Assembly: GCF_009914755.1 (NCBI RefSeq)
Contig: NC_060940.1
DNA: 64,000 nt
DNA from: the human T2T-CHM13v2.0 reference genome, Homo sapiens
Strand: one strand, 5' to 3'
How positions within the stretch are numbered: position 1 is the first letter of the stretch; the number at the start of each line of letters is the position of its first letter. Below the pieces are notes generated by a model. It saw only the letters and a program-made list of their open reading frames with translations, did no database searches and was not told the DNA's origin. Below, in pieces: positions 1 through 16,678 of this stretch. A program made the translations under genes and the position numbers.

Positions 1-3000
1 CAATATCTGTAGTACCCCCCGCCTAGGGTGCTGCTAATAAAATGCCACAGATAGTCTGGGAGAGGCATGAAAATTTGATGGCAAATTGATTTCAGGTTCA
101 TCTTGAAATTTGTCCTCAGCTGGACTCGATACTTCTGGCAGACATGGGATGGCTTTTGTCAGAAGGGTCTGCTGGAATGAGACAGAGATGTCTTGATCTG
201 AATATTAAATACAACATGCTGTTTATGACATTATCCGTTTACTGCTAAAATACCCAGCTACTTCTGTTTACACATTCTTCTGCGTTGAATGGGTAAGATA
301 GCATCTCATAGATCCACTTTACATATGAAAAGAAGTTGTATCAAACTTGCTGGGCATCAGAAATAAAGGGTTTTAGAGACACTGGCTTCAAACACAAGTT
401 ATTCCATCCAAGATTCTAAACTTAGCAATGCAACTTGCACTTAATTTTAAAACGCTGGAAAAATAATGATAAAGATTGTGTGATCAAGTATAGCAGCCCT
501 GTGGTGTTTCCTCAGAATGGTGTATTACAGAAAAGGAAAAAGCCATATACATGGAGAAAAAACTCCCGATATTTAATATTATCAATTGCTGGTTCCTGTA
601 AATTTGCATTTATGGATCACATTATAAAAGCAATTACTCTTATGGATTGTTCATGCAGAAATGCACTATGATGATAATATACTTTTAAAAGTATATTTAT
701 TTCCAGAATTCAATTTGTAAGAGGTTTGAGGGAAAAATAATACTGAGTTTTGAGTGTTTCTGATTTTAAAAATGTGTTGAGTAGAATTAAACGTGTTCAC
801 CAAAACCCATTTTATCCCTTTAAATTATTGGGCAATTAATTGTATTTACTTAGCATTGAATGCATGATTAGAAATGGAATTTTTAAAAAAGCAATACTCA
901 AGTGGAGTGAGTTCATTTGTTCATTCAGCAAATAGGACTTGAGTCCCCTACTATGTGCGGAGCCTTAAAGGATGAGAAAGATTTCTGGGTGGGACTTCAA
1001 TGAGACTCATTTCGCAGGTTTTCATGTTATTATGTATATGTGGTAAATAATTAATTTTTTCACAAGTACTTGCACTAGTGATGCTAAAATAAGCTTGACT
1101 GGCTTGTAAATCAATGAAGGTTACTGTTGCATTGCTTTGAAATTGAATTTAAAAACAGAAACAGAGCAGTCCCTTTGCTTCCGAATGCAGCCCTCCCATT
1201 GGAATCACTTTGGAAGAATCTGGATCTGCGTGTTACCCAGTCTTACTTTTCAGGCAGTCCCAGGCAGGAAGGCCCATTAGTGAAAAGAGCCCTGCATATG
1301 CTGTGGGTCATCACAGCTGCTGCTTTGCACATTTAGGAGATATTTGTGGACCTTTCATTAGGACAATTTTTATGGCCCGAGATTAAAAGTTAAAGTTAAG
1401 TAGTAAACGTAATGAACATGTGCCTTTGGAGATTCCAACTGGTTTGTATTTTCATTCTCTCCGTTGGTCATGGCCCATTGAATTTTGATGATAGCATTAA
1501 AACAAATGCCTCAAATCATTTTTGGAAGGAGACAGGATATGAATTGACAAATTAATAAAATAAATTATACTTCAAAGATGCTAAATTATCTCTTCTATGT
1601 AAGTAGGAGGCTCTCTTTTCAGATGTGGAATTTGTAGGAGCTTGAATATTCTCAAGAGAGGGTATGGGCAACATTTGATAAAAGATGTAATTATTGGGTC
1701 GTAGGAAATAATGATTGAGATAGGGTATCCACTGCCCTGGTGGGGGAATCAGTGAGGCTAGGAATCACTGGAAAATGACATTCCTTGAGACTCCTTCAAT
1801 GGGTAGAGTTTGCTTTAGCTTTTCAAGTATCTTACTGTATGATGGTTGCTTTTGGGTTGAATTCCACCTTGGGTTCAATTCAACATGAAAGTTAACCTTT
1901 TGGTGAAGGAATGATCCAGGGGAAATAGTAAAATATTAGCCTGTCCTCCAATACAAATTGCCTGTGAGTCCCACTGATACTTACAAATATACAGAGGTGG
2001 TGTAAAAGGATTCTGTGTCAAAACTATTAATATTTGAGAAATACAATACTTATCAGAGCCTTTGTATGTAAATGTCTCATATACCCCTCTAAGAAGGGGA
2101 GCGAATAGTATTTTCCAAACTTACGTCACCACTTACCATCCACCTGCATACTTTACACATCTTGGAATCAACCTTACAGGGAACACTTGGTCGAAAAACA
2201 GTGTTTTCTAAATTTATATTACAGTTCCCACTCCCCCCCCCCCCACTTGTATCACTTTGTATGACAGTCTTCTTGGGAACATCCATTGGGAAACTCTTCC
2301 CTTGCAGGTGTCTGTTACAAGTCCTGGTTCACACAGTGTTGCGAAAGAATAGTTGTATGTCACAATTTTCTTTATATAGTATTTATTGAGAAACCTATTC
2401 TGTTAATAGAATGACTCAAAATCAGCCAACCCCATAAATACTGCTCAAGCATTTAGAAAGACTTTCTCTATAGAGGCTTCAGACGTCAGAAAAAAACTTA
2501 GAGAGTGACTTTCAGATACAGCAACCTAGTCTATGTTATAGAACATTCTAAAAAGAGCAGATTTTAATATCTTTCCTCCCACACTTGCTTTGACTCCCTC
2601 CTTTAGTAATTAGATAATTATGTATAATAAGCACATTAATTATGTGCAACAGCTGCCGTTGAGTGTGTGCATGTACAACTGCTTGAAAACAGCTTGTGAG
2701 TTCACTATTAGGTCCATGAAATTTTTCTCCTTGGCAGGTTTTCACTATTAATTTGCTTGACAAAGGATAGATACATTTTCCATGTGTGGAGGTAAAAGCA
2801 GTGCAGTGAGCTAAAAAGTTAACAAAGGTGAAGTGGTCCTAATCTGCGGCCCTGGTACACTTAGATAGGCATCATTGCCTTTCCTCTGAGCTCTTGGTGC
2901 TGATAACAGCTTCCTTGACCGATAAGTGTACCAGATTTCCTTACCTGTCCCAGGGCAAGATAGCAAGAGTTTCTTGATGCATTTAAAAAATGCATTTAGT

Positions 3001-3288
3001 GTTGGCAAAAGGCTTGCAATTTATTATTAAGTGGAATAAGCAGTTTAAAAACAGTATGTACAGGGTGGTTTTCTGGCTATATAAACACACAGGCATAGAA
3101 AATAGATATACATAAATAATGTTACTATAATTTGTCTGCCTCCCTTCTCTCAGAAAAGACCAATGAATTATCTATTATGTGCCACTCACTATTTGAGTGC
3201 TGGGAATACAGCCCCATAAAGTGAAGTTTCATATATCAGGTAGCAAGATGGCCATGGTCTGTGTTTTGAGAATCACAGGCGTTTTTGA

Positions 3289-3590
3289 GGCTCATGGCTA
3301 TAATCCCAGCACTTGGGGAGGCCGAGGCAGGTGGATCACCTGAAGTCAGGACATCAAGACCAGCCTGGCCAGTGTGGCAAAACCCCACCTCTACTAAAAA
3401 TACAAAAAAAAATTAGCTGAACCTGGTGGTTCACGCCTGTAATTGCAGCTACTCAGGAGGCTGAGGCAGGAGAATCACTTGAACCCGGGAGGCGGAGGTT
3501 ACAGTGAACCGAGATCGTGTCACTGCACTCCAGACTAGGCGACAGAGCGAGACCCTGTCTCAGAAACAGAAAATAAAACAAACAAAAAAA
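3289..3590 (+). mobile_element. Alu (AluS), 5' end eroded
   Basis: GGCTC..TAATCCCAGCACTT..GGATCACCTGAAGTCAGG, central TACTAAAAATACAAAA linker, A-rich tail. Confidence 0.95.
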
Positions 3591-6334
3591 TACTATTCCA
3601 TAGCTGACTATTTTCTGAAATGATTTTGTTACTTTTCTAATGAGAAAAAAATAGATCTCGTGTGTGGAGGGAATTGAAGATGTAATTTCAGACTCTGCGT
3701 ACAGCTAAGCTCATCGTAGTTACTTAACTAACACTTAAGGAATTAAATGGCATATCTGTGTTTGAGAGGCACACTGAGATGAGACACCAGCTCTTTTTAT
3801 TTATTTCTAATGGTTTGCTTGGTGTACTGGTCATTTCCCCGGAAGTGTGCAAGAAGAGGTAGGTGACTTGCATGTTGTCTATGAACGTTTTTAGAAACGT
3901 CTGGTGGAACCATCCGGGCATCACATAGCTATCTCTGTGCAGAGCCAGGCCGGATGCCTAGGTGAGATGGAAAGCTTCCGTCAGCTTTCTTGCCGGCCTC
4001 TCCTCGCAGCCGCTCCCTTCCACACCTGCCTTTTCACCTGCCAGACTGCGCGTTGCCCGTTGCCCTAGGTCTGCGTGTTCAGCACTTCTGCAACAGTTTC
4101 TTCTGCAAAGGTAACTTAGCGGAGGGTACAGGGTCTTCTTCCAATAAGTCAGCACCTTCAGTTAAAAAAAGCAATAACATTCTCCAATCTTGGCAGTCTG
4201 GCAAGGTAGAAAGACACCTGAAGGTGAACATCTTTGGCCCATGTGAAATTTTGTTACGTGTTGTTAGGTTTCATTTGTCTCTCAGTCAATCAGTCAATCA
4301 ATCAGTCTCTCTCCTTCCATCCCCCCTTGTCCCCCTTTTCTCTTCTCTCCCCTTCCCTGCTCCCTCTTTTTAAGGTTTTCTCACAGATTAAGAGAGTAGC
4401 ATGTGCTCATCCCAATTATTGAAACCGTGCAAATGAATAGCAAGAAAAATAGTTCTTGGCGTGCCCCTTTCTTTCCGCAGTGCCCAGGCCAGAAGTACCT
4501 GCTGCCCAAGACCACAGCTGACAGCGCCCCGGGAGTCCTTCACACTCTTCTCTGAGCTCTTCCATCCTTAAACAGACATCTATGCCAAATGCAGGGAGGG
4601 TTTGCTGTTGGCTTTTACAAGAACACTGTCCTGTTATGCCTGCTGCTCTTTGCTTGGTTTTCCCTGGACGGTCACAAACATACCTCCAGGTCAACAGTTA
4701 AAGAGAGAACCCACTTCTTCTAATAGTTGTGTAATATTCCATACTACAGATATTCTGTTATTTATGGTAGCTAGATTTCTATTCATTTTTAATTCCCATG
4801 CTCAGAGCTTTCCAGACATTTGGAAACATTTTAGAAAATTGACATCATCTCTTCAAATATCTGAACTCAGATTTCCTCTGTGATGTTGGAATCTTTAAAA
4901 TATCATGCATACTTGGCCTGTTTCTACAATTTTGTTCCCCAGCCATCGTTCTCCATTTTGCACGTGTATTGTCTCCTCCTATTCCTCTGTACCCTTCACA
5001 CGTGCCTGCAGGGTATATACTTTTGCACAGGCAAAAGTCCAGCTGAAATGATCCTTACTTAGCATAATTTAAACGCGAGGGTTTCCTAATGCTCCTTCCA
5101 TTTAAATAATTCAAAAATCCGTGGCAAGGTACCTGAAAACTACTAAGAGAAGAGAGGTGTTAATGGACACATCATTGAGGCTGAAGCCAAACTGTGTGAT
5201 TCTGTCTGCAGTTGAGAACTGTAAGAAAAAGATCAAGATTAACATTATTATTATTGGTGTTACCTCATGTCTGTACCTTTTTGGAGACGTGGGTCTGTTT
5301 CCCGAGAAATCATTTTTCCTCCTCCTTGAAAATAGTGAATTTCAAGTGGTTTTAATTTTAACTGCATTATTTGTTTGCTTTATATAGTTTTTAAAGTTTT
5401 ATGAAAAAGTCTTCCATGTGTTTTTTATTTATGAAATCGGGGCAGCCATCCTTCAAATATGAAGCAGGTATCTGAGAATACTAAAATCTTACAGTGCATT
5501 TTATAGGAGTGTGAATGATTTTTCTGCAATTGACATATCAAGGAGCTTATCATCTATTATTAAGTTACCTTTTCCTGAAACAAAATATTTGTCAGATGTA
5601 ACTTGGTACCCAAATGCCTTTTCTTGCTAAACTAGGAACTGTCACACACACCCACCCACCCACCCCTTTATTCTTGGTTCTCTCCTATATTTTGACATTT
5701 GAAGCATCCACAGAAAAGTAATAGAATGAGCAATTGAAAATCACCAGAACTGAAATTGTTTCCAGCTATGTTTAAATATGAATGTCTTGTTCGACGCTTC
5801 GCATATGTATTTATGGCTGTGTGATATCATTATGGCATCCTAATGAATGTCTACTGAATTATGTGGGATTCAACAGGGGATACAAATGGATTTGAATTCT
5901 GTAACTGTCATTTTGTGGTCCGGAGAGGGTGGAAACTGAAGTATCCCTCTGCGTCGCCACATCTGTCAAAAGTCCTCAGCGCTCCCCGCAATCCATGTCT
6001 GGTGGAAGCGCGAGGTGGTGAGGATGGAAAGGGCATGCGTTGACTTCATGTTGGGACGGGTCTTAAACTAAACACATGTCACGTTATGGAGCTGTTTACC
6101 TTGGCTTTGAGGTTTATTTCCTTCTGGATTAAGAGTGATGTCGTTTTATATAACAAGAAGTGAAAAAAAAAAAGAATGATGTTACACAACCTATTTTTTT
6201 TTTTTTTTTTTTTTTTTTACTCTGAATGTGTAACTTTAAATGAAGAACCAGGACACCTCATCCTTTAGTCTTTTCTTTACTAGTGAGTGGCAGATATGTG
6301 TGGACCACAGAGATGGACTGAAAAGAGAAGTAAC

Positions 6335-6425
6335 AGTCCTTGGTTTGTATTCCAGCCCCCACCTTCCTATGTCTTTGAGCTTGGTAATTAGATGCTTGGA
6401 GCTTCAGTTTCCCCATCTGTTGGAT
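6335..6425 (+). mobile_element. MIR fragment
   Basis: GCTTCAGTTTCCCCATCTGT, resembling the MIR core. Confidence 0.55.
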
Positions 6426-6562
6426 CAGAACGGCAGTATGTGCTCTCCAGTATTTTCATAAGAGTCACATGAAATATGTACCTACAGAGTCTATCACTGT
6501 GCTTTTTAAGTTGGGGCTTAATATGTGGTAGTTGTTGCTGTTTTTGTTGTTATTATTATTAA

Positions 6563-6859
<297 letters not shown>

Positions 6860-6977
6860 CATAAATGTTATCTTTATATAACATACTCACAGCTCCCTTA
6901 GGAGTACTTTTGTCCATTTCTACACAATGGAAACTTATAATTTTAGCCTTAGCAACATGTATTTACTGGGCATCTAG

Positions 6978-7080
6978 ATTTCATTTATTTAAGAACTTTT
7001 TATTGAATGCCGATTGTTCAGCAGCCACCATGCAAGGTCCTGGGGAACCAGTGGGCAGCCACACAGAGAAGGTCCCAATG
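6978..7080 (-). mobile_element. L2 3' fragment
   Basis: TTCATTTATT..TTTATTGAATGCC..CACCATGCAAGGTCCTGGGGA, resembling an antisense L2 tail. Confidence 0.55.
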
Positions 7081-7409
7081 GCACCAGAACAAGGCCAGCT
7101 TCCTAGGAGGTGTCTGGCTTCAAGACAGGGATTTCCTTTAGCTGGGTGGTAGAGAAATGGATTGCCTGTGATTTCACTGTGCATAAAATGACCTTTCAGC
7201 CCTTAACCTGCGACATCCACATGTGTTCTTTGGTACTCACGGGTGTTATGGTTCATAGCTGTGGTCTTCTGAAGTATAGGAAAAGGCAGCTTACAGAAAA
7301 AAACTTGCTTGTTTACTGTCTTCTGAGCTGATTTCTCACCTACTGGCAAGTGGATAGGTCTACTTTTTGTTTAGCTGTTTTTCTAATTTAATCTTATACA
7401 TGAGACAGC

Positions 7410-7610
7410 TATAGATGGATGTATAGTCTTTGAAGTGGGGCCAGTTGGCTCCGTCTATTAGCTGTGTGGCTTTTGTGCAGGTGACTTGTGGCCCCCGGCC
7501 TCAGGGATCTCATCTCTAAAACGAGGCTCTTGATGTTACCTGCCTTACCCAGCTGTGAAGATTAAAAGGGTTTTGTGTGTTAAAGGACTTGCGGAGTGCC
7601 TAGAACCCAA
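7410..7610 (+). mobile_element. MIR
   Basis: TATTAGCTGTGTGGC..GCCTCAG..CTCATCTCTAAAA..GTGAAGATTAAA. Confidence 0.7.
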
Positions 7611-7888
7611 TGAGGGCCACAGAGCTTGCTCCGATTGCTTTCCTGAAGGCAGTAAGCATGTTGCTCTGGTAATAGTCATCTTCACGGCCATCATTTTGAT
7701 CACATTTTGGCTTAGTTTCTTCCTCTACCCTCTTCCCACGTCAGACCTTTCCATGGAAGGTAAAACATGTTAACAGTCTAATGTGTTTCCTTCTAATTTT
7801 TTTCTTCATTTATATTATACATCTATGAAATATATATATATATATTACATATGGATATATAGACATACACAGATGCATATTTAGGGTG

Positions 7889-8257
7889 TGCTATGGTTAG
7901 AAAGTTTGCATCCCCCCAAAATTCACAGGTTAAAATCCTAATCCTCAAGGTCGTGACGGTACTACAAAGCAGGACCTTTAGGACATGATAAGGTCCTGGG
8001 GGCGGAGGGTACTAATCCCCATGAATGGGTTTAGTGCCTTTATAAAACAGACCCAAGAGAGACCGTTATCCATTTTACCATGTGAGGAGCCCACAAGCAG
8101 GTGCCATCTATGAGCCAGAGTGGACCCTTACCCAACACCACATCTACTGGCCCCTTTATCTTGAACTTCCAGCCCCCAGAACTGTGAGAAATAAATTTGT
8201 TACTCATAAGCCACCTAAGTTATACTATTTTGGGATCGCAGCGTGAATGGACTAAAG
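7889..8257 (+). mobile_element. MaLR solo LTR (MLT1A-like)
   Basis: Starts TGCTATGGTTAG..CCCCCCAAAATTCA; TTCCAGCCCCCAGAACTGTGAGAAATAAATT; ends TGGACTAA. Confidence 0.85.
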
Positions 8258-8289
8258 GTTTTTGAGATTCTTTTTTCAGTAGTTTCACC

Positions 8290-8560
8290 TAATAAAACAT
8301 GGAATCATTCTACGCATGCTGTTCTGTATTGTAGTATGGTTTTCCACACTGAGAACATACTGTGACCATGCAGTCATTTCCCAGATGGAACTTATTGAGG
8401 GACATTCACTTAGTTTCGAAAGGTTTCTCCCTCCACTCCCATCCCGGCCACAGATAGTGATGCAATAACATCCTTGTTCGCATGTCCAGTCTGAAGCTTT
8501 TATTCCTATGGGATGAGTTCCCAGGCATAGGATTGCCAGGCTGGACTCTAAATTTTGAAA
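8290..8560 (-). mobile_element. Old L1 (L1M) 3' fragment
   Basis: Degenerate antisense L1M motifs such as GCAATAACATCCTTGT and CCCAGGCATAGGATTGC. Confidence 0.5.
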
Positions 8561-9555
8561 ATGGATTTTTATCATTCTGATGGATTACGGTGAAGAGAGC
8601 CAAAGTCTTGATAGAAACACTCAACGCAGTGAATTTTTTAGATGTAAAAGTGGATGGTAATTAAGGATACGCACATTAGAAGGAGTAATTTGACCAGCCC
8701 ATCACAGTATTAATTGATTTTCATGTCTCGAAGACTTCTGATTTCGTTTTCGAGGCTGGAAAGGCAGGTGGAAAGCCCATCAGTTTTACACACATATTTT
8801 GCAGACAAGTATTAGAAAGTAACTAGCCTGCTTTTACTAATGGTTCTGTGGAAGAAACACAGCTTGAATAAATGTCGTCTTGGATGCTCAGCACAGATTG
8901 GCAGTGGATGTCAGGATTGTCTGGTGGGAAGGCTGCTGGGACTCACTCTAGACTGGGAGTGGGGTGGGGTGGGGCAGGGCAGGACGGCCCTGGCTGATTA
9001 ATAATGTTTGTTATGAAGTCTAGGGTACGTGGGGAGAGCTTCATGAATCCCTGCATTGGCCACCCCTGTACCACAGCCAATGATTCACCCTCCCTAAATC
9101 CCAGGGCCAGATATTAGAACATCTGTGATGAGGACTGATTTTCTGTTCGTGGCCTCCGGAAGTCCAGTTTTTCTGAGCTCAGGGGAGCCTTGGTTGTATC
9201 TTATAGGCAAGAGACGAATTTACATTTTGCCATGGTGTTAACAAGCAAAAGAAGACAAAAGAGCTCAAAATAGACAGTGGCGTGCTGGGGTCAGGGGTGC
9301 TGGTCACCAGGGCGAGCAGTTATGGGTGAAGGGCTGAATTTGCAGGGTCAAGGAGATTGCCTCCAGGCCCCTTCTGGAAACACACTCCCTGAGCCTTGTA
9401 GAATTGAGTTGATTCTGTTTAACTGCCCAGTGAAGAAATGACTTCCTTGCTTTAAAACATTTGACAGCTGTCTTATATAACTTAATTCTTCATTCCAGTG
9501 GCTTTTGGAGCAGCCTCAAAAGTCATTTTATCTTCTTGGCTCTTTGATATTATTT

Positions 9556-9694
9556 GTAGTAATTTATTTAAAGTAATTAGAGACGGGATCTTGCTGTGTT
9601 GCCCAGGCTGGTCTCTAACTCCTGGCCTCAAGTGATCCTCCCACCTCAGCCTCCCAAAGTGCTGGAAATAAGGTATGAGCCACCAAGCCTAGCC
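9556..9694 (-). mobile_element. Free left Alu monomer (FLAM)
   Basis: Single monomer bounded by a perfect 12-bp TSD TTGATATTATTT (9544-9555 and 9695-9706). Confidence 0.9.
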
Positions 9695-9789
9695 TTGATA
9701 TTATTTTTTAATGGGGGTGTGTCGGTGGGTGGTGATGGGGATATTCCAGCAGAATATCAGAAACAGAGATGAGGAAGGCAGAGAGAGCT

Positions 9790-9960
9790 CAAAGACAAGG
9801 CTCAAGTTCATATTCCAACGCCAGTACCTGCCACCTGTGTGAAGCTGGGCTAATTATGTGTTTAGGTTTCCTCCTTCGTTAAATAGAGTTCTACTTATAT
9901 TACAGGGTTGTCATGCAAGTTGATGAATTAAATACGCTAATATATATAAATTCTGAGTAA
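9790..9960 (+). mobile_element. MIR
   Basis: AGTTCATATTCCAAC..CTGTGTGA..GGTTTCCTCC..CAGGGTTGTCATG. Confidence 0.55.
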
Positions 9961-10304
9961 GTATTAACCAAAGAAATGGAACATCAATATTGGTTCCCAG
10001 TCTAGTTCACAGGTGTTATCAAGATGGTTACCTTTCTAAGTGTCTTTTTATTTCACTAGTTCCAAAAGAGTATCTCTCAAAATATTAGGTAGTATTTAGT
10101 CAACACTTTAACACATAACTTGTTTTTTTTTGGCATAAGAAGCCCATGTGAAAACACAGTTGACCCTAAGCCTATGAAAAATGACTTGTGTGTGGGACTG
10201 GGGTGGCTCATAGGAGAAGGAGGATATTCGTCTGGATTTTTACTGGTATGTATATATTTTTGGGTACTGGAGATGGGGACAGTGAGTATTTGAAGCTCAC
10301 AGCA

Positions 10305-10435
10305 GGCCCATTTTGCAAGTTTTCAGGAAACTGAAATTCAGAGAGATTAAGTATTTTGCCATGAATCACTTTGTAGTAAGTGGGAGAGCTGTTGCAAACC
10401 CACGTCTGTCTACATCCACAGCCTGTGCTCTTTTC
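10305..10435 (-). mobile_element. MIR
   Basis: CCCATTTTGCA..GGAAACTGAAATTCAGAGAGATTAAGTA..GCCTGTGCTCTT. Confidence 0.75.
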
Positions 10436-11051
10436 ATATACAAGGGAATATGGAGGAGAAGGGAAGTGATGGAAGGCTTTAAAAAAAAAAAAAAAAAAAC
10501 TTCAGAAGCTGATTTGAGATTTATTCATCTTTGGTGTACTTTCTTTACTAAGGCAGGTTGTAGACTCATGAAACCTAGAAGGAGTTGAAAAATAAGGGTT
10601 AGGATTAAAAAAAAAAACTAGTGAAATCAAGACACCATTTTGCTTAATTGAAGGCTTGCGGAACATTAAAGCACAACAAAAACCTAATTCTTTGAGTGTT
10701 TCTGAGGCCAAGCCTTTTCCCACAAGGCACTGTGTACACGGTTCTGGAAGCTCTCCTCTGTTTGCACAGTAGTCACTCATCCTGCTCTCGGGCTCTGCCT
10801 GCAGTCTCTTCCTCTGTCTCCGATGTCACTCTTCTCTGTCTTCTTCAGAAGCTGTCATATGACCTCCAGATTTCTCTTTGACTCCCTGTATTACCATTAG
10901 AAGACATCTACACTGGGAAATTGCTCAGTTCCTGTTTTTGATTAATATTTTATCAGCCGCAAGAGGAAATGGTATTCTATAGCAACACTAATAAGTAATT
11001 GAGCAGATGAGATGCTCTTGCTAGCTTTGGTAAAAAGTCGGGGCAAGGTTA

Positions 11052-11469
<418 letters not shown>

Positions 11470-12714
11470 CTAAATCCTTCTTTGAGCAGTGGCTTACAGA
11501 CCTAAATTTATCAAAGGTGGTGGCAGTAATAGTAATAATTACCATCTTCATTTAAAGGCACGTATCTAAACCAAAGGACCTAAATAAAATATTAATTTTT
11601 CATAGTGTTTAATATGTGCCAGTATATATAAATTCAAGGTAAGGTAGACAGCTGTAAACTGGATGCCCTGCTGTACCCAGCAAATGCTGAGAGCCCTGCT
11701 TCCCCTCTTGTATTCAAATGGCTCTATAAGAGAGGAAGTAGTACAGCTATCAGTAACAATGCCATCCGGTAATTACCGAATCATAAATGTTTGGGGAGCT
11801 GAAGGTCACGGGCTTAGTAGCAATTCTAGTCTGATGTTTGATTCCTTGTGAATTTTAAATGCTTGTACTCTCTATCTGGGTGATGGTGTTTTAGTTGCCA
11901 GTGGACAGTCTGATGGAGGTGGGGGAAGAGTTATTCTTCCATATTTATTTTTCTCCACCTTGGGTGAAAAAACTTCGCTTTTCGTAATGTGGTACAGTGT
12001 GTGCTTCTGTAAATGGAAATGGTTTCAGCACATCACAATCATGCTTCCCTGTTGAAAGATGCTCCGTTTTCCCGCATACATGATGTCCAGCACAACGTCT
12101 GATTTATGAGAGCATGACCCTGGGGGCCTCTGGAACAGCTGCTCACACACTCCCTTTAGGAGGCCCAGGCTCTCAGGGGAGGCCCATAGTGCAGCTAGGA
12201 GCTAGAGTTGTAGGATGAAGAAATTACAGGTAAGAACACAGCCCCATTTTAAGAAATACCAGTGATTTCTGTTTTTCCTTGTTCTTCTTTCCCTCAGTAT
12301 TTTATTAACATGTGCTACTATACAAATACACAATTCACTTAGGACTCTGTTTCGTGTGGATCACATGGGAGCTTTCATTAAATTGTGGTGATTCCAATGT
12401 GAGTGGTTATCAAGTCAACATCAAATAACATGAAGTGTGTTTTAGTCGGCAAACATCACTTTGTAATTCTCTGATGTGTTTGGGTTGATTCCCTTCTTCC
12501 TGCTCTTTTTCTCTTTATAAAGTAAACATTTTTATTGCAAAGGTACTGCTATTGTTAGTTTCTAAAGGCACTTGTCATGGTGTGACTAATATTAGAAGCA
12601 GACACAGCCATGATGAGCAATACTCTTTTTTTGTTTATTTTTGTTGTTACTGCTGTAAGCCACTTTCTTCTCCCTCTCCATTAAAATGCAACTTAATTGG
12701 TAAAGTTTAGTTGA

Positions 12715-13044
<330 letters not shown>

Positions 13045-13182
13045 TGTATTTATCTTTTTAAGTAACAAAGTATTAGCATTGTGATAAATAATATTTAATA
13101 TATAGTAAGGGAGGTCAAAGTATGAACTATTTTGATTTTTTATGGGTTTTTTTTTTTTTTTTTAAAGAATGCGTTGATTTTG

Positions 13183-13810
<628 letters not shown>

Positions 13811-15112
13811 CAAATTTTCTTATAAAGTCAAATGGGAGATACTTGTTTGCAAGAAATAGTTCTTTTGGTTCTTACTTTTCCATAAGGATTGAGTCTCAAA
13901 ATGTCTGGTAGCATCCACTGCATTTTGTAGGGGACAATAACAAAGAAGATGCCAGCAATATCTTCTATCTTTTCCAACATTATTCACCTCTCCCACCCAA
14001 GGACAATGGTGGGCTGGACAGAGCATTCAATGACCGAGAATCTACCATAAGCTACTAGGGCCACATCTTCCCCTTTCTTCTCCCCCAGGTTTGTCCCATT
14101 TGTACTGACTCTGACCCAGGTTGTCATGACTTGAGACTCACTAGAAGTTTCAGAAAGATGCAGACTGCTTTAAAAAAAAAAAAAAAGGGCAAGGGGAGGT
14201 GTGAGAAGAAAGTATAATTCTTTTTCTTCTAACTGGAGATATAAAAATCATATAAGCATGATTTATGATTTGATTGGAACATTGTATTTTATGGTTGCAG
14301 AGCACATGTATCATCCTATCTGCTTCTGACACCCAGTAAGCAGCTCTGGCTTTTATAATTTTGATGAAAGAAGTTTCCCAACAGTATTTCGGTGTGCATG
14401 CTCACACACCAGCCCTGGTCGTCAGTGAACAGATTCTTCCAGGTCTTCATTGTGGCGGAAGAAAGTGAGATCAGAGATCCCGAGGAAGGGCTTCAGTTTC
14501 ACCAGTAGTGGAGCTAGGGAGTAGGGGGGCAGAAGCCGCAGGAAGTCAGTGCAGGACGCCGGAGGCCACTCCTAATTGCTTCATGTGTTGTTGCCGTGCT
14601 GATGACCTTGGAGGCGCTGCTGGTCCTGGATCCTTGCGACCTTTTCTTCCAAGAGGAAATGTGGTGCTGAGCCCCCCTTCCACTGGCTGTGACAAAGAAG
14701 GACCCCTCATGTGGGGGCCTAATTCTAGTGAATCCCCAAAGGTACATGTTGAAATAGGGAAAAGGCCCAGGTGAGGCTGTCTATGTAATAGAGAAGATCC
14801 ATTGCAAAATGAAAATATGGGGTTCTAGCCAGGGGCAGGGAACTTAATCTCCCTTTTCCATGGGCCCAACACCTGAATCTAGGGCAAACAGGTGTCCCCC
14901 AGATTGGATCCTCTGCTCTAGGACACATTCTTGTCCTAGAGCAGGTTGGGCAAGAGGCTTTTCTCTCAGTCACCAGCCCCAAACCCTGTGGTCTTGCCAG
15001 CCCAGGACGTGTCAAGACTGCAGCCTTTGCTGACCTGTGACCATCTCCAAGTCCATGCCCAGGCCCCTACTAGGAGTTGAGGGCAACAGGGGCAGTGGGT
15101 CTCTCCTGCTTA

Positions 15113-15497
<385 letters not shown>

Positions 15498-15608
15498 TGA
15501 TGTAGGAATGAACAGATGAACAACCCCACACAACCTAAGGACAACTTTGAATCAATTCTTCTAAGCTGGTAGCAGAAGCCACCTTTCCATTTGACTTCTA
15601 TCTCGCTC

Positions 15609-15918
15609 TTTTTTTCTTTCTTTTTTTTTTTTTTTGGAGACAGAGTCTCACTCTGTTGCCTAGACTAGAGTGCAGTGGTATGATCTCAGCTCACTGCCAC
15701 CTCTGCCTCCTGTAATCAAGAGATTTTCCTGCCTTGGGCCCCTGAGTAGCTGGGACTATAGGCATCCACCATCACACCTGGCTAATTTTTGTATTTTTTG
15801 TAGAGGTGGAGTTTCGCCATGTTGGCCAGGCTGGTCTTGAATTCCTGACTTCAAGTGATGAGACTGCCTCAGCCACCCAAAGTGCTGGGATTACAGGCAT
15901 GAGCCATCGCGCCCAGCC
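15609..15918 (-). mobile_element. Alu (AluS)
   Basis: Antisense dimer; TSD GACTT(C/G)TATCTC. Confidence 0.96.
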
Positions 15919-16067
15919 AGACTTGTATCTCTTAATGAGTTTAACTACATTTAACCATGTATGTGTCAGTCCTACTATGCACCTTACAGCTCACTAACCC
16001 TGTTTAATAATGTATGTTGCTACATTTAATCTTTATGGTAGCCTCATGAACAGGCTCTTCTTTAGTT

Positions 16068-16678
<611 letters not shown>

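Noticed and set aside
1856-1884. Hairpin GTTGAATT..AATTCAAC
   Set aside because: An 8-bp AT-rich stem is expected by chance
3990-4373. 127-aa ORF
   Set aside because: Non-ATG start, runs through low-complexity sequence, no recognisable homology
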